Origin: a virus
Taxonomy: Duplodnaviria; Caudoviricetes
DNA: 42,715 bases
Strand: one strand, 5' to 3'
Virus record (IMG/VR): IMGVR_UViG_3300033417_000022
Span: 1 to 42,715 of that record
Position 1 is the first letter of the stretch, and each line of letters begins with the position of its first letter. A program made the translations under genes and the position numbers. Of this stretch, positions 1 through 9,145 are shown in pieces. The notes beneath the pieces are model-generated. The model was not told the DNA's origin, made no database searches, and worked only from the letters and a program-made list of their open reading frames with translations.

Positions 1-16
1 CAGGGTGGCGTCCCAT
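1..16. repeat. Left copy of 16-bp terminal direct repeat CAGGGTGGCGTCCCAT
   Basis: Identical to 42700..42715. Confidence 0.95.
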
Positions 17-147
17 AGGTCTGAGGGGTTCAGAAAGTCGTGGCGTCACCACGTTTCGTGGTGCTCGTTGCATATCCATACACCGGCCGCCGGCGCAACG
101 CTGCGGCTCTGACCGACCCGGCGCAATGCCGGCGAGGAGTGATGACC

Positions 148-591
148 ATGGCCAAGGGTGGAGCTCGTGCCCGTTCCGGTCCGCCGCCGGATCCTGACTC
201 CCTGACACAGGCCGATGGGGAGTGGACTGTACTCCCCGCCTCAGGTCGCGTGGGCGAGGTTCCGCCATGGCCGCTCGACGATGCCCAGGAGCGCGAGCTC
301 GACCTGTGGGCCGACGAGTGGTCCCGGCCGCAGGCGATCATGTGGGACAAGCTCGGCGCCGAGATCGAGGTCGCCATCTACGTCCGCTCGCTGGTGAAGG
401 CCGAACAGCACGACGCCCCGACGAGCGCCCGGACGCTGCTTCGCCAACTTCAGGAGTCGCTCGGCCTCTCCATGCCCGGTCTGTTGCGGAACCGGTGGAG
501 GATCGGCGAACCCGTCCCGTCCGCTCCCGCCGCGCAAGGTCGTTCCCCATCCTCTCGTGACCGTTTGAGGGTCGTCGGTGGAGGCGACTGA
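148..591 (+). CDS. terS: Terminase small subunit
   Basis: MAKGGARARSGPPPDP N-terminus and LWADEWSRPQAIMW...LGLSMPGLLRNRW pattern typical of actinophage TerS; RBS GAGGAG at 134-139 (alternative ATG at 142); directly upstream of TerL. Confidence 0.8.
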   Translation: MAKGGARARSGPPPDPDSLTQADGEWTVLPASGRVGEVPPWPLDDAQERELDLWADEWSRPQAIMWDKLGAEIEVAIYVRSLVKAEQHDAPTSARTLLRQLQESLGLSMPGLLRNRWRIGEPVPSAPAAQGRSPSSRDRLRVVGGGD

Positions 592-2227
592 GCTACTCGC
601 ACCGCCAGACGAGTTCACCGTCGACTTCCCGACGCTGTGGATCGTCCCCGATTGGATCGAGCACCACTGCCCGATCCCCGACGGTGACGACAAGGGCGAC
701 CCGTTCGTCATGTACGACTGGCAGCTCTGGTGCACGGTCAACCACTACCGCATCAAGCCCCGAGCGAAGTCCGGCCAGAAGGCCCCCGCCTTCTTCAACC
801 GCCGCTCTCAGGTGGTCGCACCGCAGAAGACGGGCAAGGGTCCGTGGTCGGCAACGCTGATCTGCGCGGAGGCCCGAGGCCCGGTCCTGTTCGACGGTTG
901 GGCCAAGGGTGGGGAGCGATTCGACTGCCGCACCTACGGCTGTGGTTGTGGGTGGGTTCACGAGTACGAACCAGGCGACCCGATGGGCCGGCCGTGGGCG
1001 ACGCCGCTGATCCAGTTGCTCGCCACCGCCGAGGACCAGACTGACAACGTCTACCGGCCGCTCCAGTCGATGGTGAAGAACGGCCCGCTCGGCGACGTGA
1101 TGCGGGTCGGCGAGCAGTTCATCCGCCTCCCGAATGACGGCCGGATCGACGTGGTCACCTCATCGGCTCAGGCCCGTCTCGGCAATCCGATCACGTTCGC
1201 CCTTCAGGACGAGACCGGGCTCTACACGGCACAGAACAAGATGATCCGGGTCGCGGAAACGCAGCGCCGTGGCGTGGCCGGCATGGGTGGCCGGGTCGTG
1301 GAGACGACCAACTCGCCCGATCCGACGGTCGATTCGACCGGGCTCCGCACCATGGAGTCCAAGGCCGAGGACGTCTTCCGCTTCCACCGACCCCCGCCCG
1401 CCCATCTCGACTACGCCAAGCCCGACGAACGGCTCGAGATCCACCGCTACGTGTACCGGGGCTCCCGCCACGTCCTCGCCAACGACGGTCTCGACTCAAT
1501 CGAGGCCGAAGCGACCGAGCTGATGGAGAAAGACGCCGCACAGGCCGAACGGTTCTTCGGGAACCGCCTGGTCGCCGGTTCCGGCTCGGCCTTCGACGGT
1601 GACCGCTGGGACGAGCTCGGCGACTCGACCATCGACCTTCCCTCCGATGAGCTGGTTGTGGCCGGCATCGACGGCGCCCGCTTCCGTGATGCCCTCGCCA
1701 TCCGTGCCGCTGACGTGGTCTCCGGTCATCGCTGGACGGTGGACATCCAAGAGCGCCCCATCGAAGCTCCCGACGACTACGAGCACGACTTCGAGAAAGC
1801 CGATCAGGCGATGCTGGACCTGTTCTCGTCGAATCAGGTGTGGCGGGTGTACGTGGACCCGCAGTACATCGAGATCCTGTTCGAGCGCTGGCAGGGCCGG
1901 TGGGGTGACGACCGGGTGATCGCATGGACAACGCACCGGCGCCGCCCGATGGCCTACGCCCTCGCCGCCTACAAGGCCGACATGACAGCCGGGGAGTTCA
2001 CCCACGACGCCGACCCGGTCATGGCCCGCCACGTCCGCAACGCCAACAAGCAGATGACGAACGTGCTCGACGACGAGAAGCGCCCCATGTGGATCCTCGA
2101 GAAGGCCGACTCTCGGCGCTACTTCGACGGGGTCATGGCTGACTGCCTCGCCCACAAGGCCCGCGGCGACGCCATCGCCACCGGAGCGAAGAAGAAGAAC
2201 CGGACGGTGCCGAAGCGCATCCGCTGA
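578..2227 (+). CDS. terL: Terminase large subunit
   Basis: Walker A-like PQKTGKGP, Walker B-like FALQDETG, C-terminal nuclease acidic motifs (GIDG, FDGVMA); synteny. Confidence 0.93.
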   Translation: MEATELLAPPDEFTVDFPTLWIVPDWIEHHCPIPDGDDKGDPFVMYDWQLWCTVNHYRIKPRAKSGQKAPAFFNRRSQVVAPQKTGKGPWSATLICAEARGPVLFDGWAKGGERFDCRTYGCGCGWVHEYEPGDPMGRPWATPLIQLLATAEDQTDNVYRPLQSMVKNGPLGDVMRVGEQFIRLPNDGRIDVVTSSAQARLGNPITFALQDETGLYTAQNKMIRVAETQRRGVAGMGGRVVETTNSPDPTVDSTGLRTMESKAEDVFRFHRPPPAHLDYAKPDERLEIHRYVYRGSRHVLANDGLDSIEAEATELMEKDAAQAERFFGNRLVAGSGSAFDGDRWDELGDSTIDLPSDELVVAGIDGARFRDALAIRAADVVSGHRWTVDIQERPIEAPDDYEHDFEKADQAMLDLFSSNQVWRVYVDPQYIEILFERWQGRWGDDRVIAWTTHRRRPMAYALAAYKADMTAGEFTHDADPVMARHVRNANKQMTNVLDDEKRPMWILEKADSRRYFDGVMADCLAHKARGDAIATGAKKKNRTVPKRIR

Positions 2228-2243
2228 CCCCACAGGAGGCCGC

Positions 2244-3692
2244 ATGGCGCTCGACATGACGCCCGAGTCTCCCGGATGGTGGCTGCAACGGCTCCTGACC
2301 AAGCTCCGAGCCGACCGCACCCGGTTCGACAACCTCGACAAGTACTACCGCTGCGAGAACGGCATCCCCGTCCACGCCGAGGACTCCGTCAAGGAAGCGT
2401 TCAAGCGGCTGATGACCGTCTCCCGGTCCAACTGGGCTGCCCTGTCCGTTCAGGCGCCGCTTGAGCGGATGCGCCCCACCGGATTCCGTACTGGCGCCGC
2501 TGGTGACCAGCTCGGTGATGATGCTGCGTGGGAGATCTGGCAGGCCAACGGACTCGATGCCGGGATGCCGCGGGTGTTCGAGGCGTCCCTGTCCATGTCC
2601 CTCGGCCTGATGATCGTCGGTTCAGTCGACCCGGAGATCGAAGCCCCCCTCATCACCCCCGAGGATCCCCGCGAGGTCGTGGTCGAAACCGACCCCCGCC
2701 GCCGATCCAGGGTCCTCGCTGGCCTCAAGGTGTTCCGCGACGAGGTCGGGAACCGTGACCGGGCGTACCTGTACCTCCCTGGCAAGGTCTCCCGGTTCTC
2801 CGCTTCCACGACGACCCCGTCCCCCGTGCATCTCCCGTCGAAGCCGATCCCGCGCCACACCCACCCCGACGACGCTAACGAGTGGGAACTCGACTCCGAG
2901 GACACCGTCCCCGGCAACATCGTCCCTGTCGTCCCCTTCCCGGCGAACCCGACCCTGCACGGCGTCGGTGTCGGCGAGTTCGAGCCGCACCTTCCGCTGC
3001 TCGACCGGATCAACTTCCTGGTGTTGCAGGAGCTCCAGATCGCCACGCTCCAGGCGTTCCGCCAGATGGCCGTCAAGGGCGACCTACCAGACAACGACGA
3101 TCAGGGCAACCCGATCGACTACGACGACATCTTCGCCAAGGACCCCGGCGCCCTGTGGAAGCTCCCCGACGGCGTGGACCTGTGGGAGTCCGGTCAGGTC
3201 GACCTCGGCGGTATCCGCAACCTCGTCCGGGATCAGGTGCAGGACTTCGCTGCGCTGTCCGGCACGCCGCTGTTCTACCTGACGCCTGAAGCCACCGACG
3301 GGAGCGCCGAGGGTGCCGCGCTGGCCCGTGAGCGGCTGATCTTCAAGACGAAGCGTCACATCACCGACGCCACCGAGCCGCTCGAGCAGGTCATGTCGTA
3401 CGCGTTCCTGATGGCTGGCGACGAGGAGCGGGCGAGCCGGAAGGCCATGGAGGTCATCTGGGCGGCACCGGAGCGGTTCTCTATGAACGAGATGGCCGAC
3501 GCCGGCACGAAGGCACTCAAGGGCGGGTTGACGCTCCGGCAGACCCGTGAGCGGGTTTGGGGCGCGACGCCGCAGGAGATCGAGCAGATGGAGGAGGAGG
3601 ACGCCGCCGAGGCCCTCCGAGTCCAGGGCGTGAACCTCGTGGGGCAGGTGATGAATGGAACAGGTCCAGACATCGACCCTGCGGCTGGCTGA
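2244..3692 (+). CDS. Portal protein (SPP1 gp6-like)
   Basis: 482 aa after TerL; SNWAAL, WEIWQANGLD, VPVVPF motifs; RBS AGGAGG. Confidence 0.9.
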   Translation: MALDMTPESPGWWLQRLLTKLRADRTRFDNLDKYYRCENGIPVHAEDSVKEAFKRLMTVSRSNWAALSVQAPLERMRPTGFRTGAAGDQLGDDAAWEIWQANGLDAGMPRVFEASLSMSLGLMIVGSVDPEIEAPLITPEDPREVVVETDPRRRSRVLAGLKVFRDEVGNRDRAYLYLPGKVSRFSASTTTPSPVHLPSKPIPRHTHPDDANEWELDSEDTVPGNIVPVVPFPANPTLHGVGVGEFEPHLPLLDRINFLVLQELQIATLQAFRQMAVKGDLPDNDDQGNPIDYDDIFAKDPGALWKLPDGVDLWESGQVDLGGIRNLVRDQVQDFAALSGTPLFYLTPEATDGSAEGAALARERLIFKTKRHITDATEPLEQVMSYAFLMAGDEERASRKAMEVIWAAPERFSMNEMADAGTKALKGGLTLRQTRERVWGATPQEIEQMEEEDAAEALRVQGVNLVGQVMNGTGPDIDPAAG

Positions 3693-4209
3693 CGGGCTCC
3701 GGGACCGCCTCGCTCGTCTGTGGGCCTCCTACGAAGCCGACCGCCTCGCTCTCGCAGACTTCCGGTCACTCGCAGCCGTCGCGGTGGCGCAAGCCAACCA
3801 GGCAGGGGTGCAACTCGCCGACATCGGTCTCGCCGCCGAGGTGACGAGGCAGATCCGACGGCCGACCGCCCCGCTCGGACTCCGTCCGACCCCTGTGCAG
3901 ACGGACCAGCGCCGCATCCTCCGTGACGTCGACCGCATCATCGAATCCGTTCCAGCGACCGTCGAGAACCTGTCCGCTTCCCGCGGCACTCGATTGGGCG
4001 ACTGGGGCCGCACAGAACCGCTCCTGACCGTCGCCACCGCCGTCCAGACCGGCATGACCCGCCGAGGTGCTGAGGGTTGGGTGCGCCAGGTCGACGCCGA
4101 CCCCTGCCCGCTGTGTGTGCAGCTCGACGACGGGGTCGTCCGCTCCACCTCAGTCCGCATGGCCCGCCATCCGGGCTGCGGCTGTGTCCAGTCACCGATC
4201 TTCAACTGA
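3655..4209 (+). CDS. Head morphogenesis / MuF-like minor head protein
   Basis: C-terminal WVR..DADPCPLC...HPGCGC motif; lies between portal and scaffold. Confidence 0.7.
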   Translation: MEQVQTSTLRLADGLRDRLARLWASYEADRLALADFRSLAAVAVAQANQAGVQLADIGLAAEVTRQIRRPTAPLGLRPTPVQTDQRRILRDVDRIIESVPATVENLSASRGTRLGDWGRTEPLLTVATAVQTGMTRRGAEGWVRQVDADPCPLCVQLDDGVVRSTSVRMARHPGCGCVQSPIFN

Positions 4210-4245
4210 CCAGCGCAACGCCGGTCCCGACCACAGGAGGCCGCA

Positions 4246-4911
4246 ATGGCCGACGAACCAACCCCTCCCGCCGAACCTGCACCCGCAGAGCCGGCAACCC
4301 CCGAGCCTGCCCCGGCGCCTCCCGCACCGGCCGCAGACGACAAGCCGCTCGGCTCGGAGGGGGAGAAGGCCCTTCAGATCTGGAAGGACCGCGCCAAGGC
4401 CGCAGAGACCGACGCCAAGAGGGCGAAGGAACTCGAAGCCGAGCTCGACCAACTGCGTACGTCGCAGATGTCTGAGCACGAGAAGGCGCTGAAGGAAGCC
4501 GCCGCCAACGCTCGCAACGAGACGCTGTCGGAGGTCAACCAGCGCCTGTTCGCCGCCGAACTCAAGGCGGCATCGGTCGGCAAGATCGCCGACCCTGAAC
4601 TTCTCGCCGATCCCGAGGTGGCCGTCCGGCTGCTCGGACTCGACGGAGTACCTGTCACTGATTCCGGTGACATCGACGCGGAGGCAATCTCCGCAGCAGT
4701 CGACTCGTTCCTCGAGTCCAAGCCGTACCTGAGCGGCGCAACGCCTCCCGGAGACGGTCCCGCACCCCTCGACCTCGGTCAAGGCGCGCGGGGCACGCAG
4801 TCCACCACCAGTCAGCTCACCAAAAATGACCTCGTGGCCATGAGCCCCGAGCAGATCGACCAGGCACGCCGAGACGGCCGCCTGGACGACGTCATGGCCG
4901 GCAAGGGCTGA
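4246..4911 (+). CDS. Capsid scaffolding protein
   Basis: Pro/Ala-rich N-terminus, LGSEGEKAL motif and coiled coil; directly before the major capsid gene. Confidence 0.85.
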   Translation: MADEPTPPAEPAPAEPATPEPAPAPPAPAADDKPLGSEGEKALQIWKDRAKAAETDAKRAKELEAELDQLRTSQMSEHEKALKEAAANARNETLSEVNQRLFAAELKAASVGKIADPELLADPEVAVRLLGLDGVPVTDSGDIDAEAISAAVDSFLESKPYLSGATPPGDGPAPLDLGQGARGTQSTTSQLTKNDLVAMSPEQIDQARRDGRLDDVMAGKG

Positions 4912-4933
4912 CCCAAGCTCCAAGGAGGCCATT

Positions 4934-5788
4934 GTGGCCATCACCAACTTCATCCCGGAGATCTGGGCCAGCTCACTCCTGGTCAACCTCCGCGACTCCC
5001 TCGTCTACGGACAGATGGGCGTCATCAACCGCAACTACGAGGGCGACATCGCCGTGGCCGGTGACACGGTCCACATCACGTCGTTCGTCGACCCGGCAAC
5101 CCGGGGTTACACCCGGAACTCGACCACGGTCACCTATGACACCCTCACCGACGCCACCACGGCGCTCATCATCGACCAGGCCCGGTACTTCGGCTTCCAG
5201 GTCGACGATCTCGATCGCCGTCAGGCTCTCCCGGGCTTCGTGGACGAGGTCACTCGTGGAGCCTCGTACAACCTCGCCGCCGATGCCGACACGTTCCTCG
5301 TCGGCGAGATGGTCGACGACGTCGACTCCGGCAACGAGCTCGGCGCCACCACCGTGGACGAGGCCGGCGAGGCGTATGACCTCCTCGTCGAGCTTCGTAC
5401 GACGCTCACCCGCACCAACACCCCGGCCTCTGGCCGCTGGGTGGTCGTGCCTCCGGAGCTGTACGCCTACCTGCTCCGCGACGACCGGTTCATCCGGGCC
5501 GACGCGTCCGGCACCACCGCCGGTCTCCGCAACGGTCAGGTCGGTCGGGCCGCAGGGTTCGACGTGATCGAGGCCAACACGGTCCCGGAGGACTCCGGTG
5601 GCGTCTACACCGTCGTCGCCGGTCATGGCATGGCGACCACGTACGCCGAGCAGATCGCCGACACCGAGGCCCTGCGTCTCGAGACGGCGTTCGCTGACGG
5701 CATCCGCGGTCTGCACCTCTACGGAGCGAAGGTCGTCCGTCCGACGCTCCTCGCAACTGCCGAGGTCACGGTGGGCGGCTCCGCCTGA
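4934..5788 (+). CDS. Major capsid protein
   Basis: MAITNFIPEIW...NRNYEGDI...GDTVHI and GLHLYGAKVVRP motifs; RBS AGGAGG. Confidence 0.92.
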   Translation: MAITNFIPEIWASSLLVNLRDSLVYGQMGVINRNYEGDIAVAGDTVHITSFVDPATRGYTRNSTTVTYDTLTDATTALIIDQARYFGFQVDDLDRRQALPGFVDEVTRGASYNLAADADTFLVGEMVDDVDSGNELGATTVDEAGEAYDLLVELRTTLTRTNTPASGRWVVVPPELYAYLLRDDRFIRADASGTTAGLRNGQVGRAAGFDVIEANTVPEDSGGVYTVVAGHGMATTYAEQIADTEALRLETAFADGIRGLHLYGAKVVRPTLLATAEVTVGGSA

Positions 5789-6321
5789 TGACCCGTAACG
5801 GTGGGGCCGGTTCTGCCGGCCCCACCGTGCAGGTTTTCGGGCTCCAGCGTTCAGGAACCCACTTCACCCACGACGTCATCGCCCTCAACTTCGACGCTTC
5901 GGCAACGAAGGACCGGGGCGGATGGCGTCACGCCTTCCCCGACGAACGGCGCCGGGGACTGCATGGCCGAAAGCGCATCCCCACCACGGTCATCGAACGG
6001 GTACGCCAGGAGCAGATCACGCCGGTGTTGGTCCGCAAGGACCTCGACCACTGGCTTGCATCCATCGACCGCCTACCTCGTGACGTCGCCAAGGTTCGTG
6101 GCTTCACCTGGGACGACCCTGCGGCGACGTGGCACGCCTTCTACGAGGCGTGGGAGCCGCACGCCCCGGTCGTGCGCTACGAGGACTTCCTAGAGGACTT
6201 CCCGCCGTCCCTGATCACCCTCGGCATGGCGATCGGCCTCGCACCCCACTCGGAGATCGTGCCGGCGCAGGTGCCGTACTCGGATGACTGGCAGCCGGAA
6301 CACAGGAGCCGATACGTGTGA
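5788..6321 (+). CDS. Sulfotransferase-like P-loop protein
   Basis: GLQRSGT resembles the 5'-PSB loop, RKDLDHWLAS the 3'-PB motif, and VVRYEDF the sulfotransferase late strand; start overlaps the capsid stop codon. Confidence 0.6.
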   Translation: MTRNGGAGSAGPTVQVFGLQRSGTHFTHDVIALNFDASATKDRGGWRHAFPDERRRGLHGRKRIPTTVIERVRQEQITPVLVRKDLDHWLASIDRLPRDVAKVRGFTWDDPAATWHAFYEAWEPHAPVVRYEDFLEDFPPSLITLGMAIGLAPHSEIVPAQVPYSDDWQPEHRSRYV

Positions 6322-7013
6322 TCGACGTCGTCTACCTCGTGGCCTCCAAGGGTGACCACGAAGACCTCCGCTACTCCCTCCGCTCTCTTGCCAACGTCGA
6401 GCACGGGACGGTCTGGCTCGTCGGTCACAAACCGGAGTGGGCCGCGAACGTTGAACATCTACCGACCAGCCACAACGGCGGCACGAAGTGGCGGCGCATC
6501 CGCACCGACCTCGCGAGGGCCTGCGCGATCGACGGCCTGTCCGAGCACTTCGCCTACTGGAACGACGACTTCTTCGCACTCCGACCGACCGAGTACCCGG
6601 TGTGGCATCGCGGCCCGATCACCTGCTCCCCACCCCGCAACCAGACCCGGCAGGCGAAGCACCGCGAGTGCGTCTCGTCGACCGGTTGGCTGCTCCAGAA
6701 GTGGGGCATCGAGACTCCGCTCAACTACGAGACGCACACGCCGCAGGTGATGACCCGCACGGGACTCGCCGACGTGGCTGCACGAGCCGATGAGACCGAC
6801 ATCGACGGGCTGCAACTCCGGTCCCTGTTCTCGAACATCCACGGACTCCCGGCCGAACACGTGAAGGACTGCAAGATCGGCAAGCCGAACGTCGGAATCA
6901 CCGACGGGCAGGTGTGGGTGTCGACCTCGGACGGATCGTTCCGCACCGGCAGGGTCGGCAAGCAGATCCGAGCCATGTTCCCCGACCCGAGCCCGTATGA
7001 GGAGGTCGCATGA
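6318..7013 (+). CDS. Stealth-family-like sugar-phosphotransferase / glycosyltransferase
   Basis: IDVVY (CR1-like), DLRYSLRSL and FAYWNDDFF (CR2-like) motifs. Confidence 0.7.
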   Translation: MIDVVYLVASKGDHEDLRYSLRSLANVEHGTVWLVGHKPEWAANVEHLPTSHNGGTKWRRIRTDLARACAIDGLSEHFAYWNDDFFALRPTEYPVWHRGPITCSPPRNQTRQAKHRECVSSTGWLLQKWGIETPLNYETHTPQVMTRTGLADVAARADETDIDGLQLRSLFSNIHGLPAEHVKDCKIGKPNVGITDGQVWVSTSDGSFRTGRVGKQIRAMFPDPSPYEEVA

Positions 7014-7597
7014 GCCTTGCCACCGATGACGACCTCGCCAACCGCCTCGGCCGCGCACTGACCGACGACGAGCTCGCCAGCTCCGAAGCGATCCTCGCCG
7101 AAGTGTCTGGCGCGGTCATCCTCTACACCGGCCAGAAGTTCATCCGCGACGACTGGACGTGGCGGACCCGTGTCAAGCGTGGGATCGTGCGCCTCCCGCA
7201 GCGACCCGTGCATTCGGTCGACTCGGTGACTGACATCGACGGCAACGACATCGCCTACACCTGGGACGGACTGGACCGGGTCCACGTCAACGCCTTGTCA
7301 GGCTCGTTCCAGATCAACGGCACGACCCGTATCGATCAGGTCGTGGACGTCACCTACGACGCCGGCCCGGACGAAGTGCCGACCGACATCGTTGGCGTGG
7401 TGGTGGCGATCAGTCTCCGCACGCTCGGCCTCGACCCGATGGAAGGCGCGGTGACGTCGGAGTCGATCGACGGCTACAGCTACCGCATCGGAGCGGCTGG
7501 CGGCGCAGGGTCCTACGGCGTCCTCCCCGCTGAGGCCAGCATCCTCGACCACTTCAAGGGTGCGAGCAAGATCGGCACGATCCGGGTGGCCTGGTGA
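7010..7597 (+). CDS. Head-to-tail adaptor
   Basis: MSLATDDDLANRLGRAL N-terminus and SESIDGYSY motif; synteny. Confidence 0.8.
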   Translation: MSLATDDDLANRLGRALTDDELASSEAILAEVSGAVILYTGQKFIRDDWTWRTRVKRGIVRLPQRPVHSVDSVTDIDGNDIAYTWDGLDRVHVNALSGSFQINGTTRIDQVVDVTYDAGPDEVPTDIVGVVVAISLRTLGLDPMEGAVTSESIDGYSYRIGAAGGAGSYGVLPAEASILDHFKGASKIGTIRVAW

Positions 7598-7983
7598 GCA
7601 TCGAAACCGCACGGGCACGCTTCCGCCGCTCCGAGGAACGGCTGATGAAGACGACCGGTGTGGCGAAGCGCCCCGACGGCGAGCCGGACTTCGTGAACGG
7701 CGTGACGGTCTACCCGAAGACGACGATTTACACCGGCAAGATGTTGGTTCGCCAAGCTGCGTGGGAAGGCGCGGACCGGTCACTTGGCGAGACCGAGGTC
7801 CGCACCCGTCCGTGGCGGATCAAGCTCCCGCACGGGTCGGTGGTGCTGAAGAAGGACGACGAGGTCACGGTCACCAGCCCGACGAACGGGCCCGCGCTCG
7901 ACGACCGGACGTTCCGCATCACCGACTACTTCGGCGACGACTGGTCGCCGACCGCCCCGTACTTCGCTGAGGAGGTCACCTGA
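7594..7983 (+). CDS. Head-to-tail stopper (DUF6093-like)
   Basis: TTIYTGKM...IKLP...DEVTVT pattern; synteny. Confidence 0.65.
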   Translation: MSIETARARFRRSEERLMKTTGVAKRPDGEPDFVNGVTVYPKTTIYTGKMLVRQAAWEGADRSLGETEVRTRPWRIKLPHGSVVLKKDDEVTVTSPTNGPALDDRTFRITDYFGDDWSPTAPYFAEEVT

Positions 7984-8399
7984 TGGCGACGTTCTCACGC
8001 ACGCAGCAGTCGAGCCGCCAGGGCACGAAGGGCGTCGTGATCGAGGGCCTCGACGCGATCGTGCAGGATTTCACAAGGGAGGCGGACACGATCCGCAACC
8101 GGGCCGAGAGGACGGTCGTGGAGTACGCCGAGAAGGCCGCGCAGCAGATGCGCGACCGCGTGCCGGTCGACGAGGGCGACGTGCTCGACTCCATCACCTC
8201 GGACAACAAGGCCAGCCGTGAGGGGTTCGGCGTGTACGCCGATGCCGGCCCCGACCCCCGAGCCAACAAGGCGGCGTTCGTCTCCCGCTTCCTCGAACAC
8301 GGCACCGTGAACATGGGTGCGAAGCCCTTCGTCGCCCCCTCGGCCGATCACGTCCTGCCCGACTTCGCCAAGGCGATCAGGGACCTGTCGAAGCTGTGA
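7983..8399 (+). CDS. HK97 gp10-like neck/tail-completion protein
   Basis: VPVDEG..LDSI and FLEHGTVNMGAKPFVAPS motifs. Confidence 0.85.
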   Translation: MATFSRTQQSSRQGTKGVVIEGLDAIVQDFTREADTIRNRAERTVVEYAEKAAQQMRDRVPVDEGDVLDSITSDNKASREGFGVYADAGPDPRANKAAFVSRFLEHGTVNMGAKPFVAPSADHVLPDFAKAIRDLSKL

Positions 8400-8830
8400 C
8401 CGACACCAAGCCCCGTTCCTACCCGCACGCTGTCGCCATCAAGGACGCACTCGAGGACGCTGACCTGACCGTTGGCGACCACGGAGCCCCGAAGAACGCC
8501 TCCGGCAACGTGATCACGCCCTGCGTGGTGTTCCGCATGGAACCGTCAGCCCCACCGATGTCGTCGGTCGGCAAGGACGGCACGGACGTTCTGCTGCGGT
8601 TCCGGCTCACCGCCTACGACCTCACCGCCGATGGCGCCCAGTTCTATGCCGACAAGGTGTTCGACGCCATGGACGGCGCCGAGTTGCTGGTCGAGGACCG
8701 GGCCATCTTCCGTGTGCGCCGGGTGAACGTCGCCGGGGTCGACCGCGACATGGACGTGACGCCGAACGTCTTCTACTGCCCGACCCCGTACTCACTGCTT
8801 TCCGTCTCGGCCCCCGAGGAGTCGTCCTGA
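8396..8830 (+). CDS. Tail terminator-like protein
   Basis: Size and position between the gp10-like gene and the tail tube gene. Confidence 0.6.
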   Translation: MTDTKPRSYPHAVAIKDALEDADLTVGDHGAPKNASGNVITPCVVFRMEPSAPPMSSVGKDGTDVLLRFRLTAYDLTADGAQFYADKVFDAMDGAELLVEDRAIFRVRRVNVAGVDRDMDVTPNVFYCPTPYSLLSVSAPEESS

Positions 8831-9057
8831 TGCGCAATCCCGTCGAAGTGATCCATGAGTCGGGTCGGACCACCACCGTTCCCCGCGGCACCGTCAAGGC
8901 TCTCGCTCGCTCCGGCTGGCGACTGGTCGACGACCCCGAGCCCGCCCGCATCGAAGTCACCAACCTGGAGGACTCCGAGCGGTCGTTCATCGACGTTCAC
9001 GATTCCACCGGCACGGCGTGGGACGACCCGCCCGCCCCCGACTCACCCGAGTCGTAG
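8830..9057 (+). CDS. Small hypothetical protein
   Basis: TGATG coupling to the upstream gene. Confidence 0.55.
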   Translation: MRNPVEVIHESGRTTTVPRGTVKALARSGWRLVDDPEPARIEVTNLEDSERSFIDVHDSTGTAWDDPPAPDSPES

Positions 9058-9145
9058 ATCCCCCGGCCCCAGGGTTCAGGGGCGCCCACAACACCGAGGT
9101 AACCCCAGATCGGGGTGACCTCAACGCGTCCCCGAGGAGGACATC

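Noticed and set aside
40-147. Longer N-terminus for TerS as in the ORF track
   Set aside because: The RBS and family-like N-terminus support a start at 142 or 148
2229-4245. Repeated CCACAGGAGGCCGCA before portal and scaffold
   Set aside because: Adequately explained as a strong ribosome-binding site context
9066-9122. Hairpins upstream of the major tail gene as a riboswitch
   Set aside because: No recognisable aptamer features; more likely an mRNA stability or processing structure
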